A stretch of 64,000 nt of DNA, taken from positions 727,674 to 791,673 of the forward strand of contig NMRA01000090.1 in NCBI GenBank assembly GCA_002633005.1, read 5' to 3'. Shown piece by piece: positions 36,801 through 50,198 of the stretch (within the stretch, counting starts at the first letter, position 1; the number at the start of each line of letters is the position of its first letter). A model generated the notes under the pieces. The model made no database searches. It was not told the DNA's origin and saw only the letters and a list, made by a program, of their open reading frames with translations. Both the position numbers and the translations under genes were made by a program. The stretch comes from Phoronis australis (lineage: Eukaryota; Animalia; Phoronida).

Positions 36801-37863
36801 GTGGCTGTCATATAATAAATTAATTACAGGGTTCAAACATTTTCTCTCCATCAAAGAAAAATCTCAAAGCATGGCTACCTTTTAAACAATCCCACAGTCA
36901 ATTTCTGACAATGATTTTTTAAATAATTAATTTTACACCAACAAATTATGATAGTTTTTGTGTACATTCTACTGTTTGTGCCCATGCCTGTTTTCTATTT
37001 AAAAATATTCTTTGGGTTTCGCAGGCAATGAAATGCATGGAGTCATGTTTATCTTATAGATTTTCTTACACCTGGGGTTCATTGCACAAAACAAGCCACT
37101 ATTGGGTATTGAGGACGGTTGAAATATCGATCTAATATTTAGTTAATGTGGTTATCAGACAAAAGCTGGATGTAACTATCCGCAGATAGAAATGCTTCTC
37201 AAGACAAAATCTGAATTCAGACTGAGTAGAGTTATGACGAAATTATACGGACAAATTCTCTTCTTCCTTAGTCATGCATTCTTGGTTATTGATATGTTCC
37301 AGGGTTTTAGTAATGAATTGTTCGTCTTTCCGTTAATCAATTATCTTTGGGTGCGGCATGTGCGTGGGATTGGCGGGCAAGCCTAAAATAAATTCTGAGC
37401 AAATGCAACGATCACTTTCAATCACAAAAACATTCGTGTGGGCGATCAAACAGCTTTATAAGACAAGTTGTCTGAACAACAGTATTTTCGCTGCCAATCA
37501 GTTGGCGCAGATTTTAGTTTTCTTGAAGAAAAAATCAATGAAGTGAAATAATTCAGTTGACGTGAAGCACGATATTCGTCGTTGGCTTGAGACAGCCAAT
37601 ACGTCTCAAGGGACCATCTAACAATTAGTCAGGCGTCGCTGGTTGTATCAGATTTACTTGATCTTAATAACGTCAGATAGTGCATCTTACTAATTGCACA
37701 GGTCCTTTTACTTCTGTATCATCCATCTCTTAACATTTACTCTGTTTAAACAACAAAATTGTCCTTTTCTCTTTGATTTGCAGGTTCCGTGCAATTATAA
37801 CACAAATGTTTGAACGTCAGAGGATGAAACCAATATGTGCGTGTTGATTGTGCGTAATCACGT

Positions 37864-37910
<47 letters not shown>

Positions 37911-40900
37911 CACATGTGCGCACTGGCGCTCGTGTTTCTGTGTGTGCGTGCGTGCGTGCGCGTGTGTTTTAGAAGCCCAACGTTGTTATCATACTGAGGC
38001 AACTATTGAACGTCTCCAAGGTCCCTCATTTTAATGCCACGCAATGACCCGTTCAGCATCCTGTCATTTCGTGTTGATGCTGTTGGGTAATTATTCCGCA
38101 AACTTCCTGAATCGCCGCTCTTTATAGATCGGCTGGTATAAAGAGTCACGGTGGATCGTTATGATCGTTTGTAACTGACGCAATGGCTTCACTATGGACA
38201 CAAATGTTTGCATGTAATTGGTGCACCAACGGTAACGGAAATAATGAATTTTGGGGCTTTGTCATGGTGATAAGTAATTTAATTGGTAGTGGTGTCACTG
38301 ATGATGGTCATTTTTGTAATGATATCGATGGCATTATGATGGTGCTTTGATTGACGGTTGTTATGGTGAGAATCAATATGGTAGTGATGACAACAATTTG
38401 CGTTTTCGTGAGATTTTCGACTGTTCGGAACGCACGCCTGGTCGAAACAACAGACTTTATGAGAGGCCTCAAGTTCTTTGTGATAGAATTTGACATGCCA
38501 GATTAGGCTTATTTGTTGGTATCGGTAATAGTTTGTAGAATGAATAACGCCAATAAAAAATTGCTCGACGAAAACGGAGAAACTTTTCGTTAGGAAATTA
38601 TGATATTCAGCATTTCTCTCTATTGGAGTTCATGCTAAATTGATTAATACAGCGCCGAGGACTCTCAGTATAAGTGAAATGTATTGTAAAACGATACTAA
38701 TGTTATCAACGCAAGCAAAAATGAGCCCAAGAGATTTTGTCGTCTTGTTTTGCAGCTTAATTCGAAGTTAATACACTTGATAAAAACAGACGCGATATGC
38801 CACGGCAATTCCAAACGCAGCCAGCGAAACCCGCTAGGACACGATATTGGCGTACAAGTTTTGAGTTCAATACTGTCGACAAAACTGTATCTGATAACGC
38901 CAGAGGGCGTACAAGAGGGCGCATTACAGTTCACATGTACTTCTTTAAGTCGATGGTGTTCGTGTGGTACCTCATGGTGGTTATTGCTGTATCGCCTTCT
39001 GGTGTTTGGCGTGTGTACCAGTGTTAACTACATGAATACCATAAGAATGTTGTTGGATGACTGATACATGTATTTATATGCGCTAACTGCGAAGCGATAC
39101 CGAAGCTAGTTTACAGTGAAACAACACATGTAGTTGAGATAAAAGGTCATATATATTATGACAAACTAAACTACTACAGATATGAGTAATTACAAAAGTT
39201 ATATAACATGTTGCACTGTAAAGGTGGGTGACAATCTGCCATAGTAAGTTAAGAAACAATATGCGGAAGAATAACAGCAACACCGGGACAGCGACATGTG
39301 AAATTTGAGGATAAAGGGAAAGAATGAAAATTGGTTTGAGGGAGGGAGGGAAAGAGAAATTGAGTGAAAAATGAAAGTTGGAGAGAATTGTGGACGATGG
39401 CCCAGTGTTGCAACAAGACAAAGAGATCACGTGGTACAATTAAACCAATAATCGTAAAACAAAGAGGGTCACTGACCAGAGAATCCAAACAATATGATAA
39501 TGAGGAGGAGGCAGTATAGCTTACATAAAATAATTTAATACTTAAATAATTTTTACAAAACTGTGAATTAAGGTCGATGATGTCGTCACCTGCTTGTGAC
39601 AACACGACGGTGACGTTTTGTTAGTCCTATATGAAAATTCTTCATTTACTCTAACTGGAGACTAGGAAACGACAATTAATTTTGTTTGTTCTATTTTGAG
39701 AGACAATGTGAGTCAGAACCAAGATTTAAAAATCTATGCTTCCGAAAGGCAAGGTACATGTATGCAATGACACGTGAAGGGTGACTGTGTGCATTGCAAT
39801 GCATCGCTGGCGAGGCGAGTGGGGACTTGGAACATCTCTCCACCACCGGCTAGAGGCTCCCCTGATCAGGTCGAGTTCAATACAGATTCATTCTTGTGGC
39901 CTCTGTACACATTTGAAACTTTCCTTTTCACCACTCTTAGAAATTTCTGCTTGTTTCACATATACTTTAAAAGTTGTAGGAGTCGAATTTGTTTGTATTT
40001 GTGTAGGTAAATACTTAACACTTTAGCTATTATTATGAGTTTAAATCCACTTTGAGGTACATGTAACCGAAAACATGTTCTGAGAACAATGCAGTTGGAA
40101 CTTTTATCTGCTCTTTGGACATAAAGCAAGTTGATTCATGTAATTCGCTGAGTGAAGAAAGAAGCTTTTCATGTATAAATACGTCGTTTTCATAAAATTA
40201 TTATTTAGTTTCACTGAGGTTAGCTTGTAGGTTTTCAGACACCAAAATGTGCTAAAGACCGAGCTGAGGATGATGATCATATTGGCCGACTGTGAAAGAT
40301 AACAATTGTTTTATTGTATGATTAAATCCGCTAAATACTTCATGGAAGGAAGCTAAGTTTCCTCCCCACAAAACGTTTTGACGTACGACAATTTAATAAA
40401 AGTATCAAATTTTAATTTAACATGACAGCTGTGAGTGCTAAATGTCTTGCAATAGGAACGTAGAATAAAGTTACTATAACCCCGAATTACCTTCAATGTT
40501 GAAAACAAAGAAAGCATATCGTAATAATTTTTGCCAGGGACCACAGTTTTAAATTATTTGGAAAATGCTCCCAAAGAAAGAGAATTTGTGTTTTATCGGT
40601 GACATTGGAAGTTACCGAGCAGAGTCGCCTTCATAAGATTACTTTTCCTTGTAAATATCCTAACAGTCCCATGGCAAAGTAAAACAAAAGTATTCACTGT
40701 AAAAAGGTGGCCAAGCTCCTTGGTCATAATCATTGAATATCAGTTTTGGCCATGTAACGACAAAACTGTTTACCATTATATTCATATTCGCGTATATACA
40801 AAGGAAAACAGTCACAGAGGTTTCGCTTAACTTTGGTCAAGGAGCATCAGTGACTATACAACCTATAAATGGAGTTATAGCAAATTATTCACAACTTTCA

Positions 40901-43900
40901 CACTTTGGTGGCGCTGCAAAAAGAAATGGCTGTTGTGCATTGTTGTATAGGACATAGTGCCTGGTTTTAGCATCAATTTCAACGGCGCAAACGTGAGTGC
41001 GCGAATTCCAAACGTGCAGAACCATCATACGTGTGGTTTGGACACTACACCTCGGCGAATTTGTGCAAGTAGTGAATACGTGTGGCTTTAAGAAGTGATT
41101 TTGTGGAGCAGTTGGAGAAGTTATGCATTGTATTTTTAATGTAATCGTGAAAATTGTTGCCTTTTATTTCCATCAAGACCCTCATTCGCTATCATTATTT
41201 TCATGTAAAAGTAGAACGATACGATGAGCGTCGGCACTAAAATATATTAAAAAATTCCCCACGTTTCGAGCGGTACGCTCTTTACCAAGGACAAGACACA
41301 GGCAGCCGAATAGAAACTTATCTATCTATTCGGCAGTCTGACATGACCTTAATAAAGAGCGTACCGCTTAAACGTGGAGAATATTTTAATATATTTTAGT
41401 AACAACACTCGTCGTTTTACTTTTACTATTTTATTTTCTTATCAGTCAATAACTGCACGGCATTCCAGCGTCTATTTTATTTGTTTATTGTTTACATGAG
41501 AGTTCAAACATCCCGTATTTGCATGCAATCAGTGCTATAGTGGTACAATTAGAGGTACATGTAAGTAGGCGCCCAAAGCCCACCGTATCACCTTGAGCAC
41601 TTATCGTAACTTACGGTGCGTAGGCGCTACGTTCAAATGCCAAAAGGTGGTTGACTGCGCTTACTTGTGCCTACTTGCGCCTACGCCCCACTATAGCACT
41701 GCATGCAATATTCCAGCGAGGACTTCATTATCTTCACGAGCTGTACATGTACCGTTCTGTTAAATTTATAGGATACCCACTCTGTTATTGAGTCACCACG
41801 GTGTACATATACCCACACAATTAAGATTTAACACAACAAGATAGAGTTTGACTGGTCCAGGTGGTTATTTCTGAAGTATTAATGTAATCTTTATTTATGT
41901 TAAAGGTTTTACCAGCGTTCTATTTATTTGTACACGAATGTGAATTTGTTGAAATCGCTGATACAAATCCTTGCCAAATGTGCGTATTCTATTGAGACCA
42001 ACCGTCTGATTGGAGCCAGCGGAGAGTAATTTGGTTAATTCGCTCACTAGACTATGACTGAAGTTCCTCGTAAGGACAGGACTTCATGAGTCACTACCTT
42101 TGGAAGAAATTTGGCCGACAATTTTCGTCAAAAAGTTTACTAGATAGTTTTCACCAAACGGGGAAAAGAAACATGGATTTGTGAGGACAGGATTAAGTAG
42201 TAGATCCTCTTAAAAACATTCATTTTCGAAGTGCCTTAACAAATGTATGAAGTCTTATGGCTGAAACAACTGCCATTCACGTTGACACATGAAGTAAGCT
42301 TTTCTTCCCATAGCCGATAGCCGATTATGGATGGTATGGAAGCTAATTCCTTTGCATTTCGCGTGTTTGGCCGAACAACCGACCACACGGTAGCCGACCA
42401 TGATTAGCAGAAGACGTACTTGCCGGAAATTGCACCAGAAAATTTAGCCAGGTGTCGCCAGTGAATAATGACGTAAGGAGGCACAGAACAGTTCTCACAG
42501 GGGTTTGCCTGTCAGTACACACGTCAATGCACTCTTCACCCTTTCTTCACTTTGTCAAAACTACATGCAAATAAGGAAATGTTTTGAGTCATTTCACATC
42601 ACAAGCCCTACAGATGAGCACAGAAACTTTATTCTCTCTTGTATTTTTGACCCATTCACTCCCAGTGGAAACCAAGCTGAACTAAGAAAAATGAGGGCAA
42701 AAAAAATGCAAAATCGGCACTTTTCACCCCAAAATCACCACTTTCCTGCCGATGCTCGACTAAAGCCAACATTAGATTCCGAAAGCAAATTTCCTACCGA
42801 TTCCAAAAATGTGATCCAAAAGTACTGTCAACCAACTAGTTTTTTTGCAAATCTGGCTTGTTTGAGGGCTACCTGAAATCGCGGCCAATTTCTCAGTTGC
42901 TACACAGCAATGCACAACTGCAACAGGGGGCCACCATCTTGAAGAAGAGTGCAGCTACAGCCAAGAAACTGGCCTTTTTCATTCCCAGCATGTTCACAAA
43001 TACAAAAAAACATTCACTTGGCCTACACACAATACCTAACTAAAAAATGCCCCCAACCTAAGGGCTTATGCGTAAGATCACATATTTCGTCCATTGAAAG
43101 TATACGGAGTTGGCGGTCCATGTACTATAGTCTATGGTGTCTTGTCCTTGTCAAAGAGCGTACCGCTCGAAACGTGGGGAATATTTCAATATATTTTAAT
43201 GCAGACGTTCATCGTATCGTTTTACTTTTACATGAAAATAATGATAGCGAATGAGGGACTTGATAGAAATGAAAGGCAACAATTTTCACGATTACATTCA
43301 AACTACAATGCATAACTTCACCAACTGCTCCACAAAATCGTTATTGAGTCACCACGGTGTACATATACCACACAATTTAGAAAATTAAACGGTTCTACTT
43401 ATACATGTAGTGTGATCAGCCGAAAAGGTGTTTCCATTACATGGATGTGTTAACCATTGCAAAAACGTTTTTAGATTTTAAAAGAATATAATAAACAAGC
43501 CCTTGGACTGTGCGGTAACCGCTTTACATTTCGCATGCCTCCCGCGCCAATAGAAAAATATCCATTTAGTTTTCTTCAAATTTGCAGAGCGGTTACCGCA
43601 GTCCTTTTCACACGAACCTAAATAAATGATAAGGTTATTTTGTGGAGTTCCTAACTCTGTAAATACAAATGGGAACATGTACCCTTTCACGGGGAATTTG
43701 GCCAACAAAAACTCATCGGAATTGCACTTCTTGTATATGTCTTCTGCACAAGTACTGTCAGAATCGTTTGGGGTAAAATTGCGATGTCAAGCCTACTTAA
43801 CCCCGCCACGGGTATGTTTGAAACCACGCACCACGTCAGTTGGTGGAACATGACGAGACATCTCACCTTCGGCTCGCAAAGTATCTTGGCTACGTAGACG

Positions 43901-46900
43901 CATTTCATTTGCTAAATCCTTGCAAACTTTAATTTCGTCGTAATCAGTGTCCCCCCCCCCAAGTTCCTCACATTTGAAATGAAGGAGGACCTTACCTTCT
44001 GTTAACGTCAACCACAGAGATAACTGTGTTACTCTCGTGGGAAACGTATAGGTAGCCCACGGAAGGGGGGCAACGGTATAACCCAAATGACTATATGGCC
44101 AGTCTGCCACTTAGGCATGCAAGTGATCGCAGGAAACACTCGACCATACAAGTTTTTGCCGTTTGCAATTGCGTAAGTATAATTCTGATTACAACAACTT
44201 CCAGGCCTGCAACAAATATACCACAATAAATTTTTTTCGCAGTACTTGTGCACGTTAATTTAAAAACATGAAAATCACAGTTTATTAAATGTAGATGTGC
44301 TGGATATGTTTAACATTGCTACAGGTTACTCTTTAAATTTAAACGTGAGTAGACATGCACCTGAATATCTGATACGAACCGAGAAAAAAACAACATGGCG
44401 ACTGTTTTCAATCATCAGGAAATGACTACAGAGTATCTGTCAAGACTACAGAGTAGCTGACATGACTACAGAGTAGGTGAGCCTCTTCACTAAATTGTGA
44501 ATGGTAAATCCAATGCGAGATGACGCTTAAGACATCACATTTACTCATTAATATCTATGTTGTTAACTTCGAACTAGAATTGACATCTGTGGTCCACTCT
44601 TGTTATTAACAATTCTTGAGACTTTGCTCAAAACAACAGTTACGCCTACATAACAGTCAGCTGGCAGCCAATAGAACGACATTCAAAGTGGGAATAAACA
44701 CGTTTTGCATAATAAGCGAAATTTCCACATAGACTATTTGCCGCTGCAACATTTGTCTCCACGCGTTCTACACTCAAATGAGAAGTGATGGGGTCCGCAA
44801 AGAACTGACACTTCGTGGTACATTGATAACGTGATTATAAGCACATAAAATGACACACCATCATCGTGTACAGCTTGGTCTCGAACAATAACGAATCGTA
44901 GCCCCGAAAACACCCCTACTTTATACAAGGAACTATTTGAGACCAATGTCACGACAATAACTGATCTAGATCGAATGATGGTTTTGTGTGTCGAAATCAA
45001 TGCCGTTTTTGAAGAGGTCAGGAATTCCCAAGATTACTAGTAAAACTACGCACAGTTCAAGTTATGTAGGACGCTAGGAAATCTAGAACTTTTTCTAACT
45101 TCAAAACATTATATCTCAGAAATGGTTGATCAGATCAGAAGGAAACTTTCAGATATTATGTATGCGCGCCCCCCCCCCGCCTAAAAAATGGGGGGCTCGA
45201 ATTTATGAGAATGTGTACTTTTTACTAAGATTCACGGGTTATATTCAGAGCTATAACTTGTGCATTTGCCGAATTTTGGTAGTTCTTGATTTTATAGTAG
45301 ACTTTGTCTCGTTTTCTACTTTTTGGAGTTTTTTCTCTGAGGAGGCTCCTTTTGCCCACTTCGCCAAATGGGGGGCTTCAAGGAGCCCCCCCCCTCCCGC
45401 GGGTTCTCCCTACCCCTGGGTGCGCGCATGTTATGTTTTGTGCACTGTTCTGACACGTAGGTAGGATCTTTTAGAAAATTCTCACTTTTGCCTGAAGTAC
45501 TGTTAAAAATAAGACTTTTATGATTTTGGTTTAAAACTCTAAAGTTGCATGAAACGAAAACGAAATGGTTTATTTTAGAAAAGATGTCCTCTTTAACATT
45601 TACATGAAATACAATTTGAGCATGTTAATTATTACATTGTTTTGCTATGTGTGTACTTTACGTGTTTGCAAAATTTTACTTAAACACATGGTCACCTGAC
45701 CCTATTAATGAAAGAAAAAAAAACAAAAAATACTACTTTCACAGTCAAAATCTATAGTTTTGTAGATATATGGCTAAATACACAGTCTTGTAAATGAGGT
45801 TCCATACATGTATAACCTCGTGAATGTTAAAGTCATACAACTTCACCATACATGTATAACCTCGTGAATGTTAAAGTTATACAACCTCACCATACATGTA
45901 TAACCTCGTGAATGTTAAAGTTATACAACCTCACCATACATGTATAACCTCGTGACTGTTAAATTTATACAACTTCACCATACATGTATAACCTCGTGAA
46001 TGTTAAAGTTATACAACCTCACCATACATGTATAACCTCGTGATTGTTAAAGTTATACAACCTCACCATACATGTATAACCTCGTGAATGTTAAAGTTAT
46101 ACAGCCTCACCATACATGTATAACCTCGTGAATGTTAAAGTTATACAACCTCACCATACATGTATAACCTCGTGAATGTTAAAGTTATGCGGAACAGCCT
46201 CACTGCAATCATGTTTCTGGAGGCCGCATACATCTGCGTCATGCATGCAGCTCAAACTGGCGAAATCATCTTTTTAATACTTCGACAGCAAGGTCAGGAG
46301 ACTGTTGCTTAATACTTGCGTGAGTTGATTACAATGCGATATTCTTTGATATCCTTGGTGGCAAGTACGTGAACGGAAGATCAAAAGCCGGTTTATTCTC
46401 TTATTTTCTCAGGCATTTAAAGCATTAAATGGGTTTTATCGACTATAAGATAATGATATTTGAGTCACTTTGTAAATTTCAACTCTGTGTGTAACAGCAT
46501 TATTTTGATAACGCATGTGTTAGGTTGATACTAACAAGTGACAATTCTAAATTAACGGTTGAAAATGGTCATCTTTGTTTTAAACAAAGTGATACCAAAA
46601 GAGCTTGGTTTAAGACAAAAGACGGCATGAAAGAGAGTTTTCTTGCATGGAAAACATCTGTTTTATGTATAGAGTCTTTCCACATGTCATTTCATAATTT
46701 CACAAAACTGAAGGATCAAAAAAGTCCTTGGACGAAACACTTCACCACAGAATTGTCGTGAGGTTTGACGGGGTCGGTCTTTCCCCGCCGCCACCAAGTA
46801 GCTCACCCAAAGCGTTAGTAACGGTTTCAGATTCAACGAATTATCTAAGTAGTTTTCAAACTTGCGCCAAACTTTGAGAATTACTGAAGGTCAGCAGAGT

Positions 46901-47238
46901 ATTACTTTCTTTTCAAGAACTGATTGGTGGTTGTTATTCATCAATTAATGCAAAATATCAATCTAAAAAGTTCGGATCCTATTAAAAGTAGCTACAGGTA
47001 ACTCAATTCAGACAGTGCCGCTCGTGCATTTGACAGAGTCTTATTATTAAGTGCTATCCATTCATTGACTGTGATTCGAGCACCAGCCGAAGTCAATAGC
47101 CACACGGCAACTTACCCGTCCCGATTGGTCCGTGAAACACACCGTCTCTAAGCACACTTGTCCATCCACCAGTCGGCCAACAGCGTCGACATCCCCATGC
47201 TTACAAGCAAGGAAAAGGACATCGTTTCTTGCAGCCAT
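33295..47238 (-). CDS. ANKRD33B: Ankyrin repeat protein, ANKRD33/ANKRD33B-like; complement(join(33295..33803,34210..34347,35907..36036,47116..47238)), 299 aa
   Basis: Four GT-AG exons with consistent phases (0,1,1), 900 nt in total. ANK repeats TPLMAAAIAGH, NARDNEGNTPLMLAAEAGH, NQNGFTALMKAAVQGRVECI, then D.GR..CAYEWAKFCGR..CA and CVSTPILP, as in ANKRD33B-like proteins. Confidence 0.85.
34210..34347 (-). CDS. ANKRD33B: ANKRD33B-like exon 3
   Basis: atttcag|..GHTATVTVLLTSSSIDVDLQNQNGFTALMKAAVQGRVECIHALVSS|gtgag. Confidence 0.92.
35907..36036 (-). CDS. ANKRD33B: ANKRD33B-like exon 2
   Basis: ttttccag|TPLMAAAIAGHDYIVSSLLQLPHVDVNARDNEGNTPLMLAAEA|gtaaat. Confidence 0.92.
37865..37965. repeat. (CA)n microsatellite and adjacent (TGCG)n
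   Basis: Seen directly in the sequence. Confidence 0.95.
41205..41480. repeat. Head-to-head pair of Penelope-type terminal repeats (large imperfect palindrome)
   Basis: 41205-41299 is an inverted copy of 41340-41420. Central hairpin gccgaataga..tctattcggc. Confidence 0.75.
41530..41701. mobile_element. hAT-type MITE
   Basis: TIR CAGTGCTATAGTGG / CCACTATAGCACTG with a perfect 8-bp TSD CATGCAAT. Confidence 0.9.
43137..43339 (+). repeat. Inverted duplicate of 41097-41299 (hammerhead-like repeat plus flanking DNA)
   Basis: Reverse complement aligns over ~200 bp, including the non-repeat flank. Confidence 0.85.
45161..45430 (-). mobile_element. MITE; same family as 20923-21160
   Basis: Termini TATGCGCGCCCC / GGGTGCGCGCATG; internal match to the 20923 copy. 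Confidence 0.7.
45802..46188. repeat. Minisatellite, 44-bp unit, about 8.8 copies
   Basis: Unit CCATACATGTATAACCTCGTGAATGTTAAAGTTATACAACCTCA recurs at 45802, 45846, 45890 ... 46154 with few substitutions. Confidence 0.97.
47116..47238 (-). CDS. ANKRD33B: ANKRD33B-like exon 1
   Basis: MAARNDVLFLACKHGDVDAVGRLVDGQVCLETVCFTDQSGR|gtaagt; phase 0 joins TPLM of exon 2 to form an ANK repeat. Confidence 0.85.
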
Positions 47239-47855
47239 ACTGAATACTACAAACCTTTCGTTGTCTCTGAAGCCATAAGAGGCATACGCGTAGCGCCACT
47301 GACACCGATCGGAGTAGCGCGTCTCACGCTCTACAACTGAGCGTAAAGTGATGATGAATATTGAATTAATTCCATGAGGCAAATGGACAGTCACGTTCGG
47401 ATAAACACTTGCTCGGCAACTTGTTGTAAAAGCAACACTTGCAATCTCATAGAAGACATTGATTTTGTTTGACCTCGTGCAACTTGCAGAAGTTAGCACT
47501 CACGAAAGATTAGCTCGGCTATTGAACGAGAAATCGTTGATGTTTATGAGCCGTGAATTAAACGTATTTTACACTCATACTGTGGAAAAGATGTATGAAA
47601 CAGAACATTGTCTCATTAGAACAGAGCTCTCGAGGAATTATAAACTTTGTTATCTACAATTTGTGTGTTTCATCTCTTGAAAAAGGTGACGCATTTTTTT
47701 AAGAACAGATAGTTTAAAAATAACAGCTTGGCGATTACACCTTAGAAGAAAAAAAAGCAACGCAAAAGATTTGCATGCTATGAATTAATAGCGAATTCTA
47801 GCTGTGACGTAGTTGAACTAGTCAAAATTATATGTCGTCTGGAACAGAGGATAAC

Positions 47856-48094
47856 GAGGAGGCAGTGTGGTCTAGTGTGATAGGTGCCCGCCTTCTTGAC
47901 TCGAGGTCGTGGGTTCAAGTCCCACTGGGCCATACTGCTAGACCCTTGAGTCAGGTTTCTAGCTCCTCAGTTCGGTTTTAACTATATATTTTAAAGCACA
48001 AAAAGGTTCCATGGGATCAGTGTAAGGGGCCCACATGCGCGGCCTGCGCACGTCAGGTACAACGTGTATCAGACCGTCTGCAAAACAATAACGC
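47856..48094 (+). mobile_element. Full-length tRNA-derived SINE
   Basis: A box TGGTCTAGTG, B box GGTTCAAGTCC, body shared with the 3528 copy, A-rich tail, TSD AGGATAAC (47848-47855, 48095-48102). Confidence 0.88.
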
Positions 48095-48363
48095 AGGATA
48101 ACAGCAACAGTTTTGCATCAACTCTTTACATTCCAAGCCAAGCGTTGTGCCTTTGTCGTTACACCACGGCTTTAAATTGACGTTTGCCCAACCGGTAAGG
48201 TCTACTTACTGTCGTGTCTTCTGCAAGCGGGTTTTATAATGTACAACTCAGATAGACTAAACATATGTATCTGAGTATACAATCACTGATTTTCAATGAA
48301 GTCAATATTTTGTTTTTAAATCAACATATTGAGATTGTGAACGTCAATAATTGTTTATCATGT

Positions 48364-48367
<4 letters not shown>

Positions 48368-48422
<55 letters not shown>
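48368..48422. repeat. (TA)n microsatellite
   Basis: Seen directly in the sequence. Confidence 0.97.
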
Positions 48423-48425
<3 letters not shown>

Positions 48426-49867
48426 TAAGTATGGCAGGAGGCTATGTTTGGGCTTTCGACCGTATGCCAATCACTCGTTCAGTCAGTCAGCAACCATTTT
48501 TGTCCAAAACGCTGTGGAGAGATTTTAACCTACGTATCAGAAGATGGATGGAATGAACAAAAAGATAATGCTAATATATTTCTGTAAAAATGCCATTTTT
48601 GGTGTCATATAACGGTCGCTTTTATACAAAACATTCGACAAACGTCAGTTGTTTGACTGTACACTCAGAGGGCACGCGTCAAATTCCACGGAAATGAAGT
48701 GTATTGAAAGTCAGTGAACATTTTAGCCTTTGAAAACACAAGTTTCAGTATACAATTGGAACTGATATGCCTTGATGCACGTCTGCATTCACCTTAATGG
48801 CTTATGTTTAACGGTAATTTAAAAACACTTATGAAGTCATAAGTGTAACCCTTCCTTCAAGACCGCCTGTTATTCACTAAACAATCGTCCAGATATTGCA
48901 GTAAAGTACACTGAAATATCCTGATTACCCTGACAAGATTTCATTTCCGTTTCCACCAAGAACATCGAAACCATCAGCGACTCAAAAAAACGTGGGAAGG
49001 GACAGAGGCTAGTTACTCCCACTTCAGTTTCGGGCAAAAATTAACAGAAATTCGGGAAAACATGAAAAATTTGGGCAGTGGAGCATTCATTGGAAAATTA
49101 TCGGAAAGGAAAGTAAGAGATGGAGTGAAATCGGTGACGACTGGCGGCCGGGAAGGGAAGTTGAATCGTCGGGTAGGGAACTGATGGAAGAGTTATGTCA
49201 CAGTTACGCTCCCGAAAAGCCAAATCCATCTAACTAGTCAAAATTAGAAAATATCCAGAGCTAGACATGTGCCCATTTCTATACGTCCTATCAAATGCAA
49301 CCTATGGCCATGCATAAAGCCAGGATTGCCTTTTATAGGCCTACTGTATTAAAAAGAGACTTAAAACGTAACCCATATTTATACCTCATTTTATCCTCAT
49401 ATAATCCTGTAATGGCTTTTCAAAATCATGACAGTATTCATAACGTGCAAAGAATTGTCAGACTGAAACTGATATCAATCAAAAACAGTGATTTCCAATC
49501 CTATGTTTATACCTTCCCACCCAAAAAATGACACTCCAAATTTATACCAAAATGACTCTGCGACCCAAAGCTACGTCTAAAAATGTATGGCGCCCACCTC
49601 AGTGGCAGGCCCTCGCTGCCGACTTTACATTGACTGCTCCCAGGGTGGTCAAGTGTGTGAATTTCCAGTAGGTACGTGAGCAAAAGTAGAACATCGATAC
49701 TTTCGCGGTCCAAGACAACAATAGCCTACTATCGTTTAACATGGGAATTTCACTTCTCCGCTAGAAACCTTAGTGAAAGCCCGTGCGTAGGGTAAGTAAA
49801 ACAGTGGTTTTTCTGTAGCCATTTTATGCTATATTTCAGAACAATAGTGCAAAAGGAGAAGTTTCTT

Positions 49868-50198
49868 TAGCTTCCCAACGGATCAAGAAATGTAGACTGT
49901 AAATGTATTTAATTCACATGAGGCCAAAAAAGCATAAACGGTTCCGGTCGATGTGGTGCAGTAGTTTTTTAGTTACTCAAATCAGTTTTCAAAAAAGAAA
50001 ATCTATCTGAGACGAGCAAAATTGGTGTGACTAGATTTTTGCTTACTTGGTAAATCAATGCGTTTCCAACCTTGCTTACCCTTGGTTACTTGCATTTGTC
50101 CAGTTTTTCAAAAAAAAGACTCGAGACCTTCGATGAAATTGGTGCGGGATCATGTTTTTGGACGGTGAGCGCAGGTCTCAAAACGGGTCGGGAGACTA
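49868..50198. mobile_element. Possible Academ-like MITE (TAG..CTA termini)
   Basis: Left TAGCTTCCCAAC, right GGTCGGGAGACTA, internal direct repeat ttttcaaaaaa..gagac..aaattggtg. Confidence 0.4.

Noticed and set aside
36393-36828. Possible solo LTRs (TG..CA) here and at ~31785-32030, ~39209-39603 and 1-403
   Set aside because: No TSD, partner LTR, PBS or gag/pol evidence visible.
43780-45000. Cys/His-rich minus-strand fragments suggestive of a MULE/SWIM transposon
   Set aside because: Too degraded to support a family call by eye.
45802-46188. CRISPR-like appearance of the regular repeat
   Set aside because: Units are contiguous with no unique spacers, no cas genes are present and the context is eukaryotic.
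47856-47930. tRNA gene
   Set aside because: A and B boxes are present but there is no proper cloverleaf, and it is followed by a SINE body, tail and TSD.
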